Part shown: piece by piece, positions 48,784 through 58,686 of the stretch
Numbering within the stretch: position 1 is the first letter of the stretch
How the letters are laid out: the number at the start of each line of letters is the position of its first letter
From: a virus
Lineage: Duplodnaviria; Caudoviricetes
Reading direction: 5' to 3' (one strand)
Length of the DNA stretch: 64,000 nt
IMG/VR virus record: IMGVR_UViG_3300014836_000320
Location: 22,313-86,312 of that record
Notes under the pieces: model-generated
Told to the model about the DNA's origin: nothing
Databases searched by the model: none
What the model saw: the letters and a program-made list of their open reading frames with translations, nothing else
Made by a program: the position numbers and the translations under genes

Positions 48784-49644
48784 TTAAATTTCCAATACTA
48801 ATTCAGGATTCCACTCAGACACTTCACCCCACGATTCATAACCGCGAGGATTGCACACTACTCTAGTAGTTCCTACTAGATAATCAAAGGGTTGATGCAT
48901 ATGACCGTGTGTCCAAAGCACAATTTCTGGATGATCTAAAATAAACTCACTGAGGTCACTGGCATAGCCACCGTTCATATGGAAGTCGTTTTTATAGCGA
49001 GCATCAATGCTTTGATATGTAGGCGCATGATGACCCACAACAACAACCTTTTTGGTGCTACCTTGTTTGCGAAGATCATCCAACACATTCTCAAAGTATT
49101 CTTTGGTTCTCATGTGTCGTTCCATGACATGGGCAGGACGCAGTCGTGTATAACCTGCACGATCATTACGAATAACTCTAAAGTCATTCATCTTCTCACT
49201 GATAGAATGTTGAGTTAATGGATCACCTTTGTTCATATCTGTCCAGAGTGTTCCGCCAACAAACACAACATCATTGATTTCAACAGAGTTTCTTTCAAGG
49301 AAGTGAATATTGCTGAACTTGGCACATTCACTGCGAATATGCTCTACAGTTTCAAAGAACTTGCCATGATAGAATTCGTGATTGCCTGCAACATAGATTA
49401 CATGCGGAAATTGAAAACTCACACGCCGGAGAAAGTCTCTAAATCTTAGAGCAGTGGCTTGGCGCCGACCAAGATCGGCCAGGTTAGCATTGCTATACAT
49501 CTTGTAATCCATTTCAGGATGTTCGTGTAAGTCGCTACCGATGAGAATGTCGCCAGAAAGAATCAAGACATTTGTGTCGCCAACATTGCGAATGTTAATG
49601 TCTGAGAATTCTAAGTGCAGATCACTAACCAGTTGTATCTTCAT
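48784..49644 (-). CDS. Calcineurin-like metallophosphoesterase
   Basis: SDLH, GD, GNHE, HHAP, HGHMH. Confidence 0.9.
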   Translation of the reverse strand: MKIQLVSDLHLEFSDINIRNVGDTNVLILSGDILIGSDLHEHPEMDYKMYSNANLADLGRRQATALRFRDFLRRVSFQFPHVIYVAGNHEFYHGKFFETVEHIRSECAKFSNIHFLERNSVEINDVVFVGGTLWTDMNKGDPLTQHSISEKMNDFRVIRNDRAGYTRLRPAHVMERHMRTKEYFENVLDDLRKQGSTKKVVVVGHHAPTYQSIDARYKNDFHMNGGYASDLSEFILDHPEIVLWTHGHMHQPFDYLVGTTRVVCNPRGYESWGEVSEWNPELVLEI

Positions 49645-49930
49645 CGTGATTTCCTGATTCAAGTTTTGCCAAAGGATTGAGTCCATTTACAGGAATACCA
49701 TCTTCGTCTACGATTCCAAATCCATCAAATACAAATCCACAGCCCTTGCAAAAATCTTCAAACATCTGTAGAATTTCACCTAAGTCTGCTTCCTTGTGAT
49801 CTACCATGATGGTTCTATGTCCATCATTGTAGTAAAAGAACCATTGCGGCTCAATGGGATTGACTTCTAGTTCCTTGCTGGATTTTTCCAGTTGTTTGAC
49901 AATACTGTTCCATGGATCAATTTTTTGCAT
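49625..49930 (-). CDS. Hypothetical protein
   Basis: 101-aa ORF in operon. Confidence 0.5.
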   Translation of the reverse strand: MQKIDPWNSIVKQLEKSSKELEVNPIEPQWFFYYNDGHRTIMVDHKEADLGEILQMFEDFCKGCGFVFDGFGIVDEDGIPVNGLNPLAKLESGNHDEDTTG

Positions 49931-50693
49931 CTCGCAGTTTCCGGTTAATGTTCAACATCTGTTCTAACATTGTAGCATCAATTCCATTATTTTGCAACTC
50001 TGTTTTGTAAGTTGTAGAGTCTTTTGGAAAACAATGTCCACCAAAACCACGTGATCCATCTGGGCCTGGTGTGTCCCAATGAGTTGACCCTAGCCTAGGT
50101 TCACTACGCAACACGCCAGCCACATTGGCATAGTTGACATCATATGATTCACACAATTCTCGCAGTTGGTTGGCAAAGACCACTTTCATAGAAAGGAAAG
50201 TATTGGTGGCCAACTTCATTGCCATGGCTTCTTTGGCTGATACTGTAAACACAGTGGTTCTAGGCATTAGATCAAAAGTTTTTGCAAATGTTGCGGCATG
50301 ATAGCCTCCCAGCACAATAAGTTTGGGGTTAACAGCATCTTCTTCCCAATGATTGGCTCGAATAAATTCGGGCCAAACAACAAGCCTATCTCCTAACACT
50401 TTTTCTAGTTTATCAATGGATTCCAGACTCAGTGTGCTACGAACCAAATAGTTTCCTGCAAACTTGTGCAGTTCCGCATTGCGAATGGCTTTGAATACAA
50501 TTTCGTCGTCATTGAGACCGTTGCTACCCAACGGACTGGGAACACAAATTACACACCACTGGGCTTGATCAAATCGTTCACTGTGAATGTTCAACGGAGG
50601 ATCGTCAAACTCAACATCACCTACTTCTGTGTGCCAAGATAAAAACTTTTCTGTGGCCTTGCCAACAAACCCTCGACCTTTGATGATTACCAT
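49917..50693 (-). CDS. UDP-glucose/GDP-mannose dehydrogenase family protein (lacks C-terminal domain)
   Basis: GRGFVG, CVPSP, PEF, KLATNTF, GFGGHCFPKD. Confidence 0.85.
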   Translation of the reverse strand: MVIIKGRGFVGKATEKFLSWHTEVGDVEFDDPPLNIHSERFDQAQWCVICVPSPLGSNGLNDDEIVFKAIRNAELHKFAGNYLVRSTLSLESIDKLEKVLGDRLVVWPEFIRANHWEEDAVNPKLIVLGGYHAATFAKTFDLMPRTTVFTVSAKEAMAMKLATNTFLSMKVVFANQLRELCESYDVNYANVAGVLRSEPRLGSTHWDTPGPDGSRGFGGHCFPKDSTTYKTELQNNGIDATMLEQMLNINRKLRDAKN

Positions 50694-51454
50694 GCTTGTC
50701 CTTTTAAAATATATTCGGGATACTTTCTAATACTGTAATCTAACAGCGGTTCCAGTCGAGCAACATTAACCCAACCCTTGATTACAATTAAAATTTTTCG
50801 ATATGCTGGATCAAAGTCAGCGGCATGTAAAAACGATTCGTTGTTCCAAGCAAAGGTATTGGTATCATTGGGAAGTTTAACGTATAAACGTCGATGTTCT
50901 TCTACATCGGTATGAGGTTCAAACTCACTGGCACTGGCTAACCAAAACGTTTCCTTAGGATTTTTATCGTCAAGCATGATTCTAATTTCAGTAGGAAAGC
51001 GCAACTTACCGTCAATGCTGTCAGGCATGTTACCGTCATAGTGTAACGGTATAGTCCTGTGAGCACTCCAGAGTCTAATAGAACGAATTTTTACATACGG
51101 AAGTTGATTCAATAATTTTTCAATCAGTTTGCTATTGGCATCAATCATTGGTTGACAGATCTTAGATCCCCAGGCACCTTCGCCGTAGAGTTCAGGTAAT
51201 TCGTAAATGCTCATTCCATCCCATTGCGTATGATCAATGCTGGGTTTAGTAGTTCCTACAGAACCTCGATCAATGTGATTGCGCCATACACGTTCTTTTT
51301 CATCGTTCCAGATATGCCAAAAGTCTGACCAAGAGTCGGGCTCAAACTTTGGCAACGCCAACGGCAAAGCGGCAATGCCCGCATATTTTTCTGACAATCG
51401 CGGGCATTCAGCAAGATCAATTAGTTGTTCTAATTTTTTATAATCAACTTTCAT
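50687..51454 (-). CDS. 2OG-Fe(II) dioxygenase-like protein
   Basis: [19 protein letters not shown]. Confidence 0.5.
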   Translation of the reverse strand: MKVDYKKLEQLIDLAECPRLSEKYAGIAALPLALPKFEPDSWSDFWHIWNDEKERVWRNHIDRGSVGTTKPSIDHTQWDGMSIYELPELYGEGAWGSKICQPMIDANSKLIEKLLNQLPYVKIRSIRLWSAHRTIPLHYDGNMPDSIDGKLRFPTEIRIMLDDKNPKETFWLASASEFEPHTDVEEHRRLYVKLPNDTNTFAWNNESFLHAADFDPAYRKILIVIKGWVNVARLEPLLDYSIRKYPEYILKGQAW

Positions 51455-51768
51455 TCTTCTAGCAAATGCCTTTTATCTTTAACAGTCTTGAATTCTTCTG
51501 CAGATTCAAGTTCAGGCTTGCGCCTAGTAATAACAGGCCAAGACTTGGCCAAGCGCAGGTTGATTTCGGCCCAGGACTTATCTTCAAGTGTGTTGTCATC
51601 AACAATGGCCTCAACAGGACATTCAGGAATACAAACGCCACAGTCAATACACTCGTTGGGATCAATTACAAGAAAATTAGGACCTTCATGAAAGCAGTCT
51701 ACAGGACATACTTCCACGCAATCTGTATACTTGCATTTGATACAGGCTTCGGTAACATAATGACTCAT
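51451..51768 (-). CDS. fdxA: 7Fe ([3Fe-4S]+[4Fe-4S]) ferredoxin
   Basis: [30 protein letters not shown]; start MSHYV at a TAATG overlap. Confidence 0.9.
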   Translation of the reverse strand: MSHYVTEACIKCKYTDCVEVCPVDCFHEGPNFLVIDPNECIDCGVCIPECPVEAIVDDNTLEDKSWAEINLRLAKSWPVITRRKPELESAEEFKTVKDKRHLLEE

Positions 51769-52187
51769 TAGTGTGAACCCCAATTGTTTTTTGCAGTATC
51801 TTTGTCTACATCTCGACGCTTGCCGGATAAGCCCAGCATGGCACGATATTCTTGCCATGCGGCTTGCACCATCGGATCCTGTTCGGTATCGCCCGAAGGA
51901 AATAGATCTGCCCATACACAGTTTTCCATGATCTTGCCACGGTATTGACCAAAATCTCTGGGCTGATGAATCTTGCCTGATTCCCATAGTTGAACAGCAA
52001 CAGCAAGGCAACGCTCTCGATCCAAGCCATAAAGGTAATCATCTCTATAAAGGTATTCGTCTACCAGCGCATCAAGCCTACTACGGTCAGTCATGGTGCC
52101 CGACACAATGACCACAACATCATTGATATCTACGTCACCCTTGACAATATCACGAATACAACGACCATAACTAAATCCCACTTTCAT
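51768..52187 (-). CDS. Hypothetical protein
   Basis: 139 aa; AGGAG ribosome site. Confidence 0.6.
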   Translation of the reverse strand: MKVGFSYGRCIRDIVKGDVDINDVVVIVSGTMTDRSRLDALVDEYLYRDDYLYGLDRERCLAVAVQLWESGKIHQPRDFGQYRGKIMENCVWADLFPSGDTEQDPMVQAAWQEYRAMLGLSGKRRDVDKDTAKNNWGSH

Positions 52188-52690
52188 AGTGTGCTCCTAT
52201 TCCACCAACTTTCCCAAGGAAAATCAATCCAAACATCATTTTCAAGTTTATTCACTGACATACCAGCAAAGTCGCTGGTTTCATTGCTGGCTTCGTTGTC
52301 AACAAGACTTGCCCAGCGTATTTCGTCGTGCCAGAAATTTTCTGTAAACATGTGATCTACACCAGCAACAGAACTAGCCCAATCTTCTTTAAGCCATGCT
52401 TGTGTGGCACCCGAGTCGTTGATATCGTCGACCAACAAAATGTTTTTACCATCTAACACCATTTCCGGTGCCCATGTTAGGCTTTCACATTCTCCACCGT
52501 CACGCAAACTTACCTTGACACTGGCATGCGGAACGTTCAAGTAATGACTCAACATTACAGAAGGAACTAGACCACCTCGATCTACACCAATCACAAGATC
52601 AGGACGCCAGCCTGATGTTTGTATTTGTCTAGCAATCTCTTGTGCTAAATGTTGGATGTCTTGCCAACTCAATGATAGTTTATCGCTCAT
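52184..52690 (-). CDS. Type I phosphoribosyltransferase (Gpt-like)
   Basis: GVDRGGL, LLVDDINDSGAT, WIDFPWE. Confidence 0.85.
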   Translation of the reverse strand: MSDKLSLSWQDIQHLAQEIARQIQTSGWRPDLVIGVDRGGLVPSVMLSHYLNVPHASVKVSLRDGGECESLTWAPEMVLDGKNILLVDDINDSGATQAWLKEDWASSVAGVDHMFTENFWHDEIRWASLVDNEASNETSDFAGMSVNKLENDVWIDFPWESWWNRSTL

Positions 52691-53163
52691 AGGTCTTCGT
52701 CAAGTTTACGATCAGGTCCGCCTAACAGTTTTTCCAATGCTTTATACTCATCGTAGAGTTCTTTAAGCATGGGATACTTTTCGTGCAATTCAAAATTAGG
52801 TGCAAGAATCAGCAAACGCTTTTTAATAGTTTCAACAACGTCTGCTAGTTCTTCAAGGTCAATTCTCTTACCATTGGCGGTATTGATTTCATTGACACCA
52901 CTGATAGAATTAGTTGGCATAGACGATGTAAATGAAAAATTGCCGCCGCTACTACCGCCAATGGTAATGCCACTTAAATCAATGGTGTCAGTGCCAACAG
53001 AATCAATGGTGTAAACTGGGCCTGCGGCACCATAGTTTGTGGTAGTGATATTGGCAATGTCAATTTCCTGTGCAATAAATCCCGAAGACATGTTAGCGCC
53101 ATCACTGGACCATGTAAACTCTAGTGGCTTAACGCTGTCAAGTTTCTTTTGATCATCGTCCAT
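52687..53163 (-). CDS. Hypothetical protein
   Basis: TAATG-coupled to folE. Confidence 0.5.
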   Translation of the reverse strand: MDDDQKKLDSVKPLEFTWSSDGANMSSGFIAQEIDIANITTTNYGAAGPVYTIDSVGTDTIDLSGITIGGSSGGNFSFTSSMPTNSISGVNEINTANGKRIDLEELADVVETIKKRLLILAPNFELHEKYPMLKELYDEYKALEKLLGGPDRKLDEDL

Positions 53164-53846
53164 TATGCCCTCTTGCAAGCATTGACAATGTTCATGAACT
53201 CTAAACGCACACTAGGGTCTGACTTGAATACACCGCCAATCTTGCTGGTCACTGTAGATGAACCAACATCCTCGACACCACGGCTTTTGACACAGTAATG
53301 CTGAGCATCAATGACCACAGCAATGTCGTCAGTTTCTAGAATGAACTGTAGTGCGTGGTAGACCTGCTCGGTAAGGCGTTCTTGAATCTGTGGACGCTTG
53401 GCAAAGTATTCAACTACGCGGTTGATCTTGCTAAGACCTAGAACCTTTTGCTTGGGGATATAGGCCACAGTGGCCACACCATCAATCACAACAAAGTGAT
53501 GTTCACAGTTACTCTGCACATTGACGTTGCGTTCAATGACCATTTCATCGTATTTCATCTTGTTGTCAACTGTGGTGCATTTGGGAAATGCATCGTAGTC
53601 AAGCCCCCAGAAGATTTCGTTCACATACATCTTGGCCACACGCTTGGGGGTTTCAATGAGACTGTCATCGCTGAGATCTAGACCAAGAGCCTGCATAATC
53701 TTGGTAAAGTGACCTTCAATGAGATCAATCTTTTCTTTGCGATCTAAGGTGTTGGGTTCTGTTGGAGTTTCTACTCCGCACTTGACCAGGTGCTCATGAA
53801 CCAGTTTACCCAATTCGGGGTCAGTTTTAGTTTTGTTATATGACAT
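53163..53846 (-). CDS. folE: GTP cyclohydrolase I
   Basis: [37 protein letters not shown]. Confidence 0.95.
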   Translation of the reverse strand: MSYNKTKTDPELGKLVHEHLVKCGVETPTEPNTLDRKEKIDLIEGHFTKIMQALGLDLSDDSLIETPKRVAKMYVNEIFWGLDYDAFPKCTTVDNKMKYDEMVIERNVNVQSNCEHHFVVIDGVATVAYIPKQKVLGLSKINRVVEYFAKRPQIQERLTEQVYHALQFILETDDIAVVIDAQHYCVKSRGVEDVGSSTVTSKIGGVFKSDPSVRLEFMNIVNACKRA

Positions 53847-53906
53847 AGTTATCCTTCCTTACGCGGATATGATTTTTGAAAATGTTGCTACCTTTGTGTA
53901 GCAGGC

Positions 53907-54227
53907 CTATTTATCAGATCCATTGTTTATTATACGCTCATTCTGCTCTTTAATCAAGACTTCGGCTGGCCAAACTAGCAAGAAAAACATCATATCGTCT
54001 CGATGTTTAAAATGGATCAAGGTAGTGTAGTCCATGTGGGCATACAGATCTCCAGTTTTGCTTCTTGTAAGTTGGCCCAAGGATCGCCAGTCCAATGGCT
54101 GTCCACGAAAATTAGTAGCAGTCCAACGGCGTCCACAGTTGTCCACCAACCATCGACGAACCACACTTAGATTTGCCAACGGTGAAACAAGTTTTACCGA
54201 GTGCCAGACTTGATTTTTTGTTGACAT
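53907..54227 (-). CDS. Hypothetical protein
   Basis: 106 aa; contains TAAATA (53908-53913) that may serve folE. Confidence 0.5.
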   Translation of the reverse strand: MSTKNQVWHSVKLVSPLANLSVVRRWLVDNCGRRWTATNFRGQPLDWRSLGQLTRSKTGDLYAHMDYTTLIHFKHRDDMMFFLLVWPAEVLIKEQNERIINNGSDK

Positions 54228-54463
54228 CAGCGACTAGCAAAAAAATCTGATTTCCTTAGGTCGTCCCAGCCACCGATAAGTGTTTCATCAATGAAAATCT
54301 GTGGAACAGTCCTGGCCCCAGGAATTCGTTCTAACAGCATTTCTCTCGTAACACCGTTGTGACCAATTTTGTTTTCTGTAAAGTCCATGCCCTTACTGCG
54401 AAACCAGTTCTTGGCCATGTCACAGTAAGGACAATTGTCCTTGCTCCAAATTTCAATTTTCAT
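54227..54463 (-). CDS. Glutaredoxin
   Basis: CPYC, TVPQIFI, IGGWDD. Confidence 0.9.
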   Translation of the reverse strand: MKIEIWSKDNCPYCDMAKNWFRSKGMDFTENKIGHNGVTREMLLERIPGARTVPQIFIDETLIGGWDDLRKSDFFASR

Positions 54464-54464
54464 T

Positions 54465-54989
54465 TTATTCTCCGGGAGGATTGTATGTTTGCTCGTATTC
54501 GTAACGAGCAACTCTATAGAACTGGTCTTGTGTGCCAGGCTCCTGGACTAGGTAGTCACCAGGCTTCAGTGTCATTGGTGAACCCCAAGGTGCTGTAAAA
54601 CTAACAGGTTGTGATCCTGTGTATTTTGCTACCATTCTAACTGCATTGATATCGGGCTTGCGACGGCCATTGCCTGCTTCAATGGGATAGTTCTTGGCCA
54701 ACTTGGCTTCTGGTCCAATGTTGTATTTTTCTTTGCTAGGGCCGCTGACAATGACATCGCCAACATTGACTGCCTTGACTGTTTCATGGCCGTCTTCAGT
54801 TACAGTTTCTAATTGAAACTGTTCTCCGCTTTTGCCAAAACTCAATGCTGGCATTGAGTCAATGTTGGTCTGATTGATAGGCTCGTTAAACGGACTATAG
54901 GTCAAGTCCTTTTTGTGTGTAGGCAGAAACTTTAATTGACTGGCAATTTGTTGTATATCTGCGTTTTCTTTTAGATCGGTGATTTTCAT
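54465..54989 (-). CDS. Hypothetical protein (PGDY motif)
   Basis: APWG..LKPGDYLV. Confidence 0.55.
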   Translation of the reverse strand: MKITDLKENADIQQIASQLKFLPTHKKDLTYSPFNEPINQTNIDSMPALSFGKSGEQFQLETVTEDGHETVKAVNVGDVIVSGPSKEKYNIGPEAKLAKNYPIEAGNGRRKPDINAVRMVAKYTGSQPVSFTAPWGSPMTLKPGDYLVQEPGTQDQFYRVARYEYEQTYNPPGE

Positions 54990-55411
54990 TTTGTTTTCTC
55001 CACTTCAGATTCATAGACTCTTCGTCTTAGACTGCTAGAACTAAAACTATGGTCTCGACCATTAAAGTAAAGTTCAATTCCTCGCTTATGGCAAATTTCT
55101 CTGCCAGTAAACTCTTTGCCTTCGTATTCCACGCCCAGTATTCTAACATCAATAGGCAAGGTAAGCAATAGATCTTCTAGATCTTTTTCTGTATTGTAAA
55201 CCCAAACTTCGTCAACATACCTAGAGCCTTTGAGTTGCATTTGTCTTTCAACAATACTCTGCACTGGTCTGTTCTTGTTGGGTCGGTCAAGTGTTGGATC
55301 GTTTTGCAAGCCAACAATCAAATAGTCACATTGTGTTTTGGCTTCTTGTAGCATGGCCACATGACCTGCATGTAGAAGGTCAAATGTTGAACAGGTAAAT
55401 CCCACTTTCAT
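54986..55411 (-). CDS. Cytidylyltransferase (TagD-like)
   Basis: FDLLHAGH, R.H.FSSSSLR. Confidence 0.85.
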   Translation of the reverse strand: MKVGFTCSTFDLLHAGHVAMLQEAKTQCDYLIVGLQNDPTLDRPNKNRPVQSIVERQMQLKGSRYVDEVWVYNTEKDLEDLLLTLPIDVRILGVEYEGKEFTGREICHKRGIELYFNGRDHSFSSSSLRRRVYESEVEKTK

Positions 55412-55414
55412 AGT

Positions 55415-56413
55415 TTATGCGTAGTGTTGATAAGTTTTGCTATTATACCAAGCCCAACTGGTTCTAACAATATTTTCTAGGCGACTGTTTTCTGCTTGCC
55501 AGCCTGCCCAGTTTTTGAACTTCTGAGGACTTGCTACTAAAACTGCAGGATCTCCTGCACGTCTAGGGCCAGTATGAATCAATAGTGTGCGACCAGTGAT
55601 GCGTTCAACTTCAGCAATGACTTCTCGAATACTGTAGCCGCGACCTGAACCTAGATTAAATTCTTGAAACGGTTCTACAAAGTCTGATGCAATGAGTGTG
55701 GCATCAATATGTGCTCGGGCAATGTCTTCTACATGTAGGTAATCCCTGACACAAGTGCCATCAGCGGTGCTGTAATCTTCGCCATTGAGCGTAAACACAC
55801 CGCCCGAGATCAAACTCTCCATCAATCGTGCAATTACATGAGTAGCCTGTTTGACTTGCCCATGACGAACCTGAGCGTCGGCACCACATGCGTTGAAATA
55901 TCTCAATGCCACAGCCTTAAAACCATAGGCACGAGCACAGTCTCGGATAACCTGCTCGGCCATAAGTTTACTGTGACCATAGGGACTGATAGGCAGTTTG
56001 TTGCTTTCTTCTGTGAGCATTTTACTATCAATGGGATTACCATAGGTAGCCGCTGAACTAGAAAATACAAAAGTCTTTGTCCAGCCCTTGTCTGCCAAAT
56101 TCTTCATAAGTCTGGCAGTATTACCTACGTTATTCATGTAGTAGGTTGCTGGATCCTGCATGCTAGGACCAACAAGGCTAGTGCCAGCAATATGAATCAC
56201 TGCTTTGGCATCTTTGCTTTGAACGGCTGTGGAAAACAAACCCGAAGTAAAATCTCCAGGAATGGTCACATCAATGTGTTCACGAATCCAAGGACTTAGG
56301 TTAGTATTACGATCACAACCAATGATCTTGTAGCCCTGGTCTTTGAAACGAAGAACTGTTTGGCCACCAATGTAACCATTGCATCCAGTTATGCCAACCC
56401 ATTTATCTGTCAT
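55415..56413 (-). CDS. galE: UDP-glucose 4-epimerase
   Basis: GCNGYIG, SSSAATYG, YGHSK, LRYFNACG, VRDYLHV. Confidence 0.9.
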   Translation of the reverse strand: MTDKWVGITGCNGYIGGQTVLRFKDQGYKIIGCDRNTNLSPWIREHIDVTIPGDFTSGLFSTAVQSKDAKAVIHIAGTSLVGPSMQDPATYYMNNVGNTARLMKNLADKGWTKTFVFSSSAATYGNPIDSKMLTEESNKLPISPYGHSKLMAEQVIRDCARAYGFKAVALRYFNACGADAQVRHGQVKQATHVIARLMESLISGGVFTLNGEDYSTADGTCVRDYLHVEDIARAHIDATLIASDFVEPFQEFNLGSGRGYSIREVIAEVERITGRTLLIHTGPRRAGDPAVLVASPQKFKNWAGWQAENSRLENIVRTSWAWYNSKTYQHYA

Positions 56414-57636
56414 GATGTGTAGAGTTTATATTTTGTTTCACTGACATGATCGCGATAACGATTGCCTGCGCGATTCCATTGCTGAGCCTTACACTCCATA
56501 CCACCTTCTGCTACGGTTCCAGCAGTTTCCATGATATCTAGAATGCGATCAATGGTGCCATTGTTCCAATCACTGATTTTACCTTGTGCTGGATGCGGTG
56601 CTCGCAACAGTTCAATTAACTTGTCAAGCGCATCTTGTTGACTCCAAGGCACATACATCCTTGTGTGGTCGTTGGCAAAGGTTTCAGGAAAACTTCTATA
56701 AGCAGGATACAGCACATTGCAACCAAGAGTATCGGCTTCGCTTACAGTATTTGAAACCCAATCCTGTAACGCACAATTAAAGAGAACTTTGCTGTCGTTG
56801 ACAATATTGTAGTAATCGTTCTTGCTAAGATCCTTGTAGATCTTGAGCATGCCACGACTTTCAAGTGCTTGAGCACGTTCCAGATACTTGGGGTTGTTGC
56901 TACGCAATGGCCCGCCGGACAAGATGGCAAATTCCACATGTGGTTTAAATTTGTCAGCATGCCAAGTCTCAATGAGATCCATAAAGAAGTCAGGTTGCTT
57001 CTCTTGATCAAACCTTGCGGCAAACACCACACGGTCGGCTCGTTGATCCCAAGGTTTGACTTGATTGTTGACACGACCAAGAACTTCTTCTTTGCCAAAT
57101 GCTAGGCCACTAATATTGTAAATTGGAGCAGTCCAATTAGCAATACGCATATGAGCAACCATCTCTTCATTAGTGGCAAGAACACCTGTAGCAAAACAAT
57201 TGACCATTTGTTCATAAGTTGACATCCATCCAGCCATGCCCCAAACATGAACAAAGTCATCGGGGTCAATGGCCTGTGCTAAACAACGCACAAAGACTCT
57301 GGGTCTTTGATTGGCTGGAATTTGATCCATGATGTATGGAAGCGATTCAATGCCAGGCTGAAACATGTCTTCAAAATAGACAACATCCTCGCCGGTGACT
57401 TCACCGCTTCGCATCATTTGAACCAAGTTCATCATTTGACTCATACCAAAGTAACTGCGACCATGTGCATCCAGCACTTGGCCTACACTGATTGCTTTGG
57501 TATTGTCTAAGGTCAGACCAGGAACAATAACATAGTCAATGCCGCGGCGTTTGAATACCGCTTCATTCCAGTCCTGTAGTTGAAGCGTGTATCTACCCTG
57601 ATAGGGTTCTAATCCCATGTAGTAGAGTTTACGCAT
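56410..57636 (-). CDS. GT-B fold glycosyltransferase
   Basis: FAARFDQEKQ, DWVSNTVSEA..GC. Confidence 0.75.
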   Translation of the reverse strand: MRKLYYMGLEPYQGRYTLQLQDWNEAVFKRRGIDYVIVPGLTLDNTKAISVGQVLDAHGRSYFGMSQMMNLVQMMRSGEVTGEDVVYFEDMFQPGIESLPYIMDQIPANQRPRVFVRCLAQAIDPDDFVHVWGMAGWMSTYEQMVNCFATGVLATNEEMVAHMRIANWTAPIYNISGLAFGKEEVLGRVNNQVKPWDQRADRVVFAARFDQEKQPDFFMDLIETWHADKFKPHVEFAILSGGPLRSNNPKYLERAQALESRGMLKIYKDLSKNDYYNIVNDSKVLFNCALQDWVSNTVSEADTLGCNVLYPAYRSFPETFANDHTRMYVPWSQQDALDKLIELLRAPHPAQGKISDWNNGTIDRILDIMETAGTVAEGGMECKAQQWNRAGNRYRDHVSETKYKLYTS

Positions 57637-58057
57637 TGGTGTCCTCACGATCCAAGCGGTTGGGCATACAACACATACCGTCAGCAGTATGACGAGTGGT
57701 TGGTGCCCAGGCACTCTTGTAAAGACCCACGTGGATCTTTAGCACCTTGGGTGTGCGCTCAGGTGTGCCCTGAACATGGAAAGTGTAGGTAAAACTACGC
57801 GAACCTGTTTCTTCGTTGGCACGAAGTTCCGGCGCTTCAATCCTAAATTCGTGAATATACTGGTCACGAACTAGATCTTGTAGATACTGCTCATAGAGCC
57901 TTGTTGGCAACATAGCCAACTCCTCTGTTAGAACTCCATCATAGAGTTCTGAGATCTTGAGCAGATCAAACTTGATATGAGCCAAGTTCAATGAACTACG
58001 TCGGGGTTGATTGTAATTGTTACGATTGTCAAAACGAACGTTAGGCTTGTTAATCAT
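57629..58057 (-). CDS. Hypothetical protein
   Basis: 8-bp overlaps at both ends. Confidence 0.55.
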   Translation of the reverse strand: MINKPNVRFDNRNNYNQPRRSSLNLAHIKFDLLKISELYDGVLTEELAMLPTRLYEQYLQDLVRDQYIHEFRIEAPELRANEETGSRSFTYTFHVQGTPERTPKVLKIHVGLYKSAWAPTTRHTADGMCCMPNRLDREDTNA

Positions 58058-58421
58058 ACTGCCGTAGGCAACCATTTTCGCCATCCTCTGAGACTTCGAT
58101 CCAAACAGATCGGTTAGTGAATTGTGCTGAAATTTTAGCATAGAGTTCTTCTGCTATCATTTCGCACGACTTGTGATTCAGTTCAAGTGTGCCAGTGGAA
58201 TATAGTTTTTCCAACCAGCGTTTGAACTGAATAAATTCCACATCACGGTCATCGTGAAAAACTTGTAGATAGACCTTGAAGTGGAAAATATGTCGATGTG
58301 GGCTTGCAAGAAAACTCACATCAAATTCGTCACCAGAGGCTAACTTAGGATCAGTAGCCGCCGCTGGGTAACAGTGAATTCCTTCCTTGCGGAACGTTAC
58401 CCAAATCATGTCTTTGGACAT
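58050..58421 (-). CDS. queD: 6-carboxytetrahydropterin synthase-like (QueD/PTPS T-fold)
   Basis: HRHIFHF, SCEMIA, EVSEDGENG. Confidence 0.65.
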   Translation of the reverse strand: MSKDMIWVTFRKEGIHCYPAAATDPKLASGDEFDVSFLASPHRHIFHFKVYLQVFHDDRDVEFIQFKRWLEKLYSTGTLELNHKSCEMIAEELYAKISAQFTNRSVWIEVSEDGENGCLRQYD

Positions 58422-58432
58422 GTTATTCCTTT

Positions 58433-58675
58433 TTAATCAATATAATTGTTGGCTTTGAGATAGACCCACATCTTCCAATCAATTGCTTGAAGGAATTTGA
58501 GGACGTCTTCCATTTTGGCATTAAGTTCCGCAATGCCAGCATCGTTAGAAGTTGCTGGTGCTGGTGCCGCCGCAGGCTTTGCATCAACAGGTGCCGCTTC
58601 TACCGCAGGCTTCTTGGGCAAGGGCTTTCGCACTACCGGCTTAGTGAGATTACCAACTTGAATATCTTCGCTCAT
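58433..58675 (-). CDS. Small Pro/Ala-rich hypothetical protein
   Basis: 80 aa; AAGGA ribosome site. Confidence 0.55.
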   Translation of the reverse strand: MSEDIQVGNLTKPVVRKPLPKKPAVEAAPVDAKPAAAPAPATSNDAGIAELNAKMEDVLKFLQAIDWKMWVYLKANNYID

Positions 58676-58686
58676 AGTATTTCCTT

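Noticed and set aside
51769-52011. N-terminal extension of the ferredoxin ORF in the track
   Set aside because: It overlaps the 51768-52187 gene; the real start is MSHYV at the TAATG junction
53847-53913. preQ1 riboswitch upstream of folE
   Set aside because: Only a 6-bp hairpin (TGCTAC/GTAGCA) is present; no preQ1-I loop or A-rich pseudoknot consensus is recognisable
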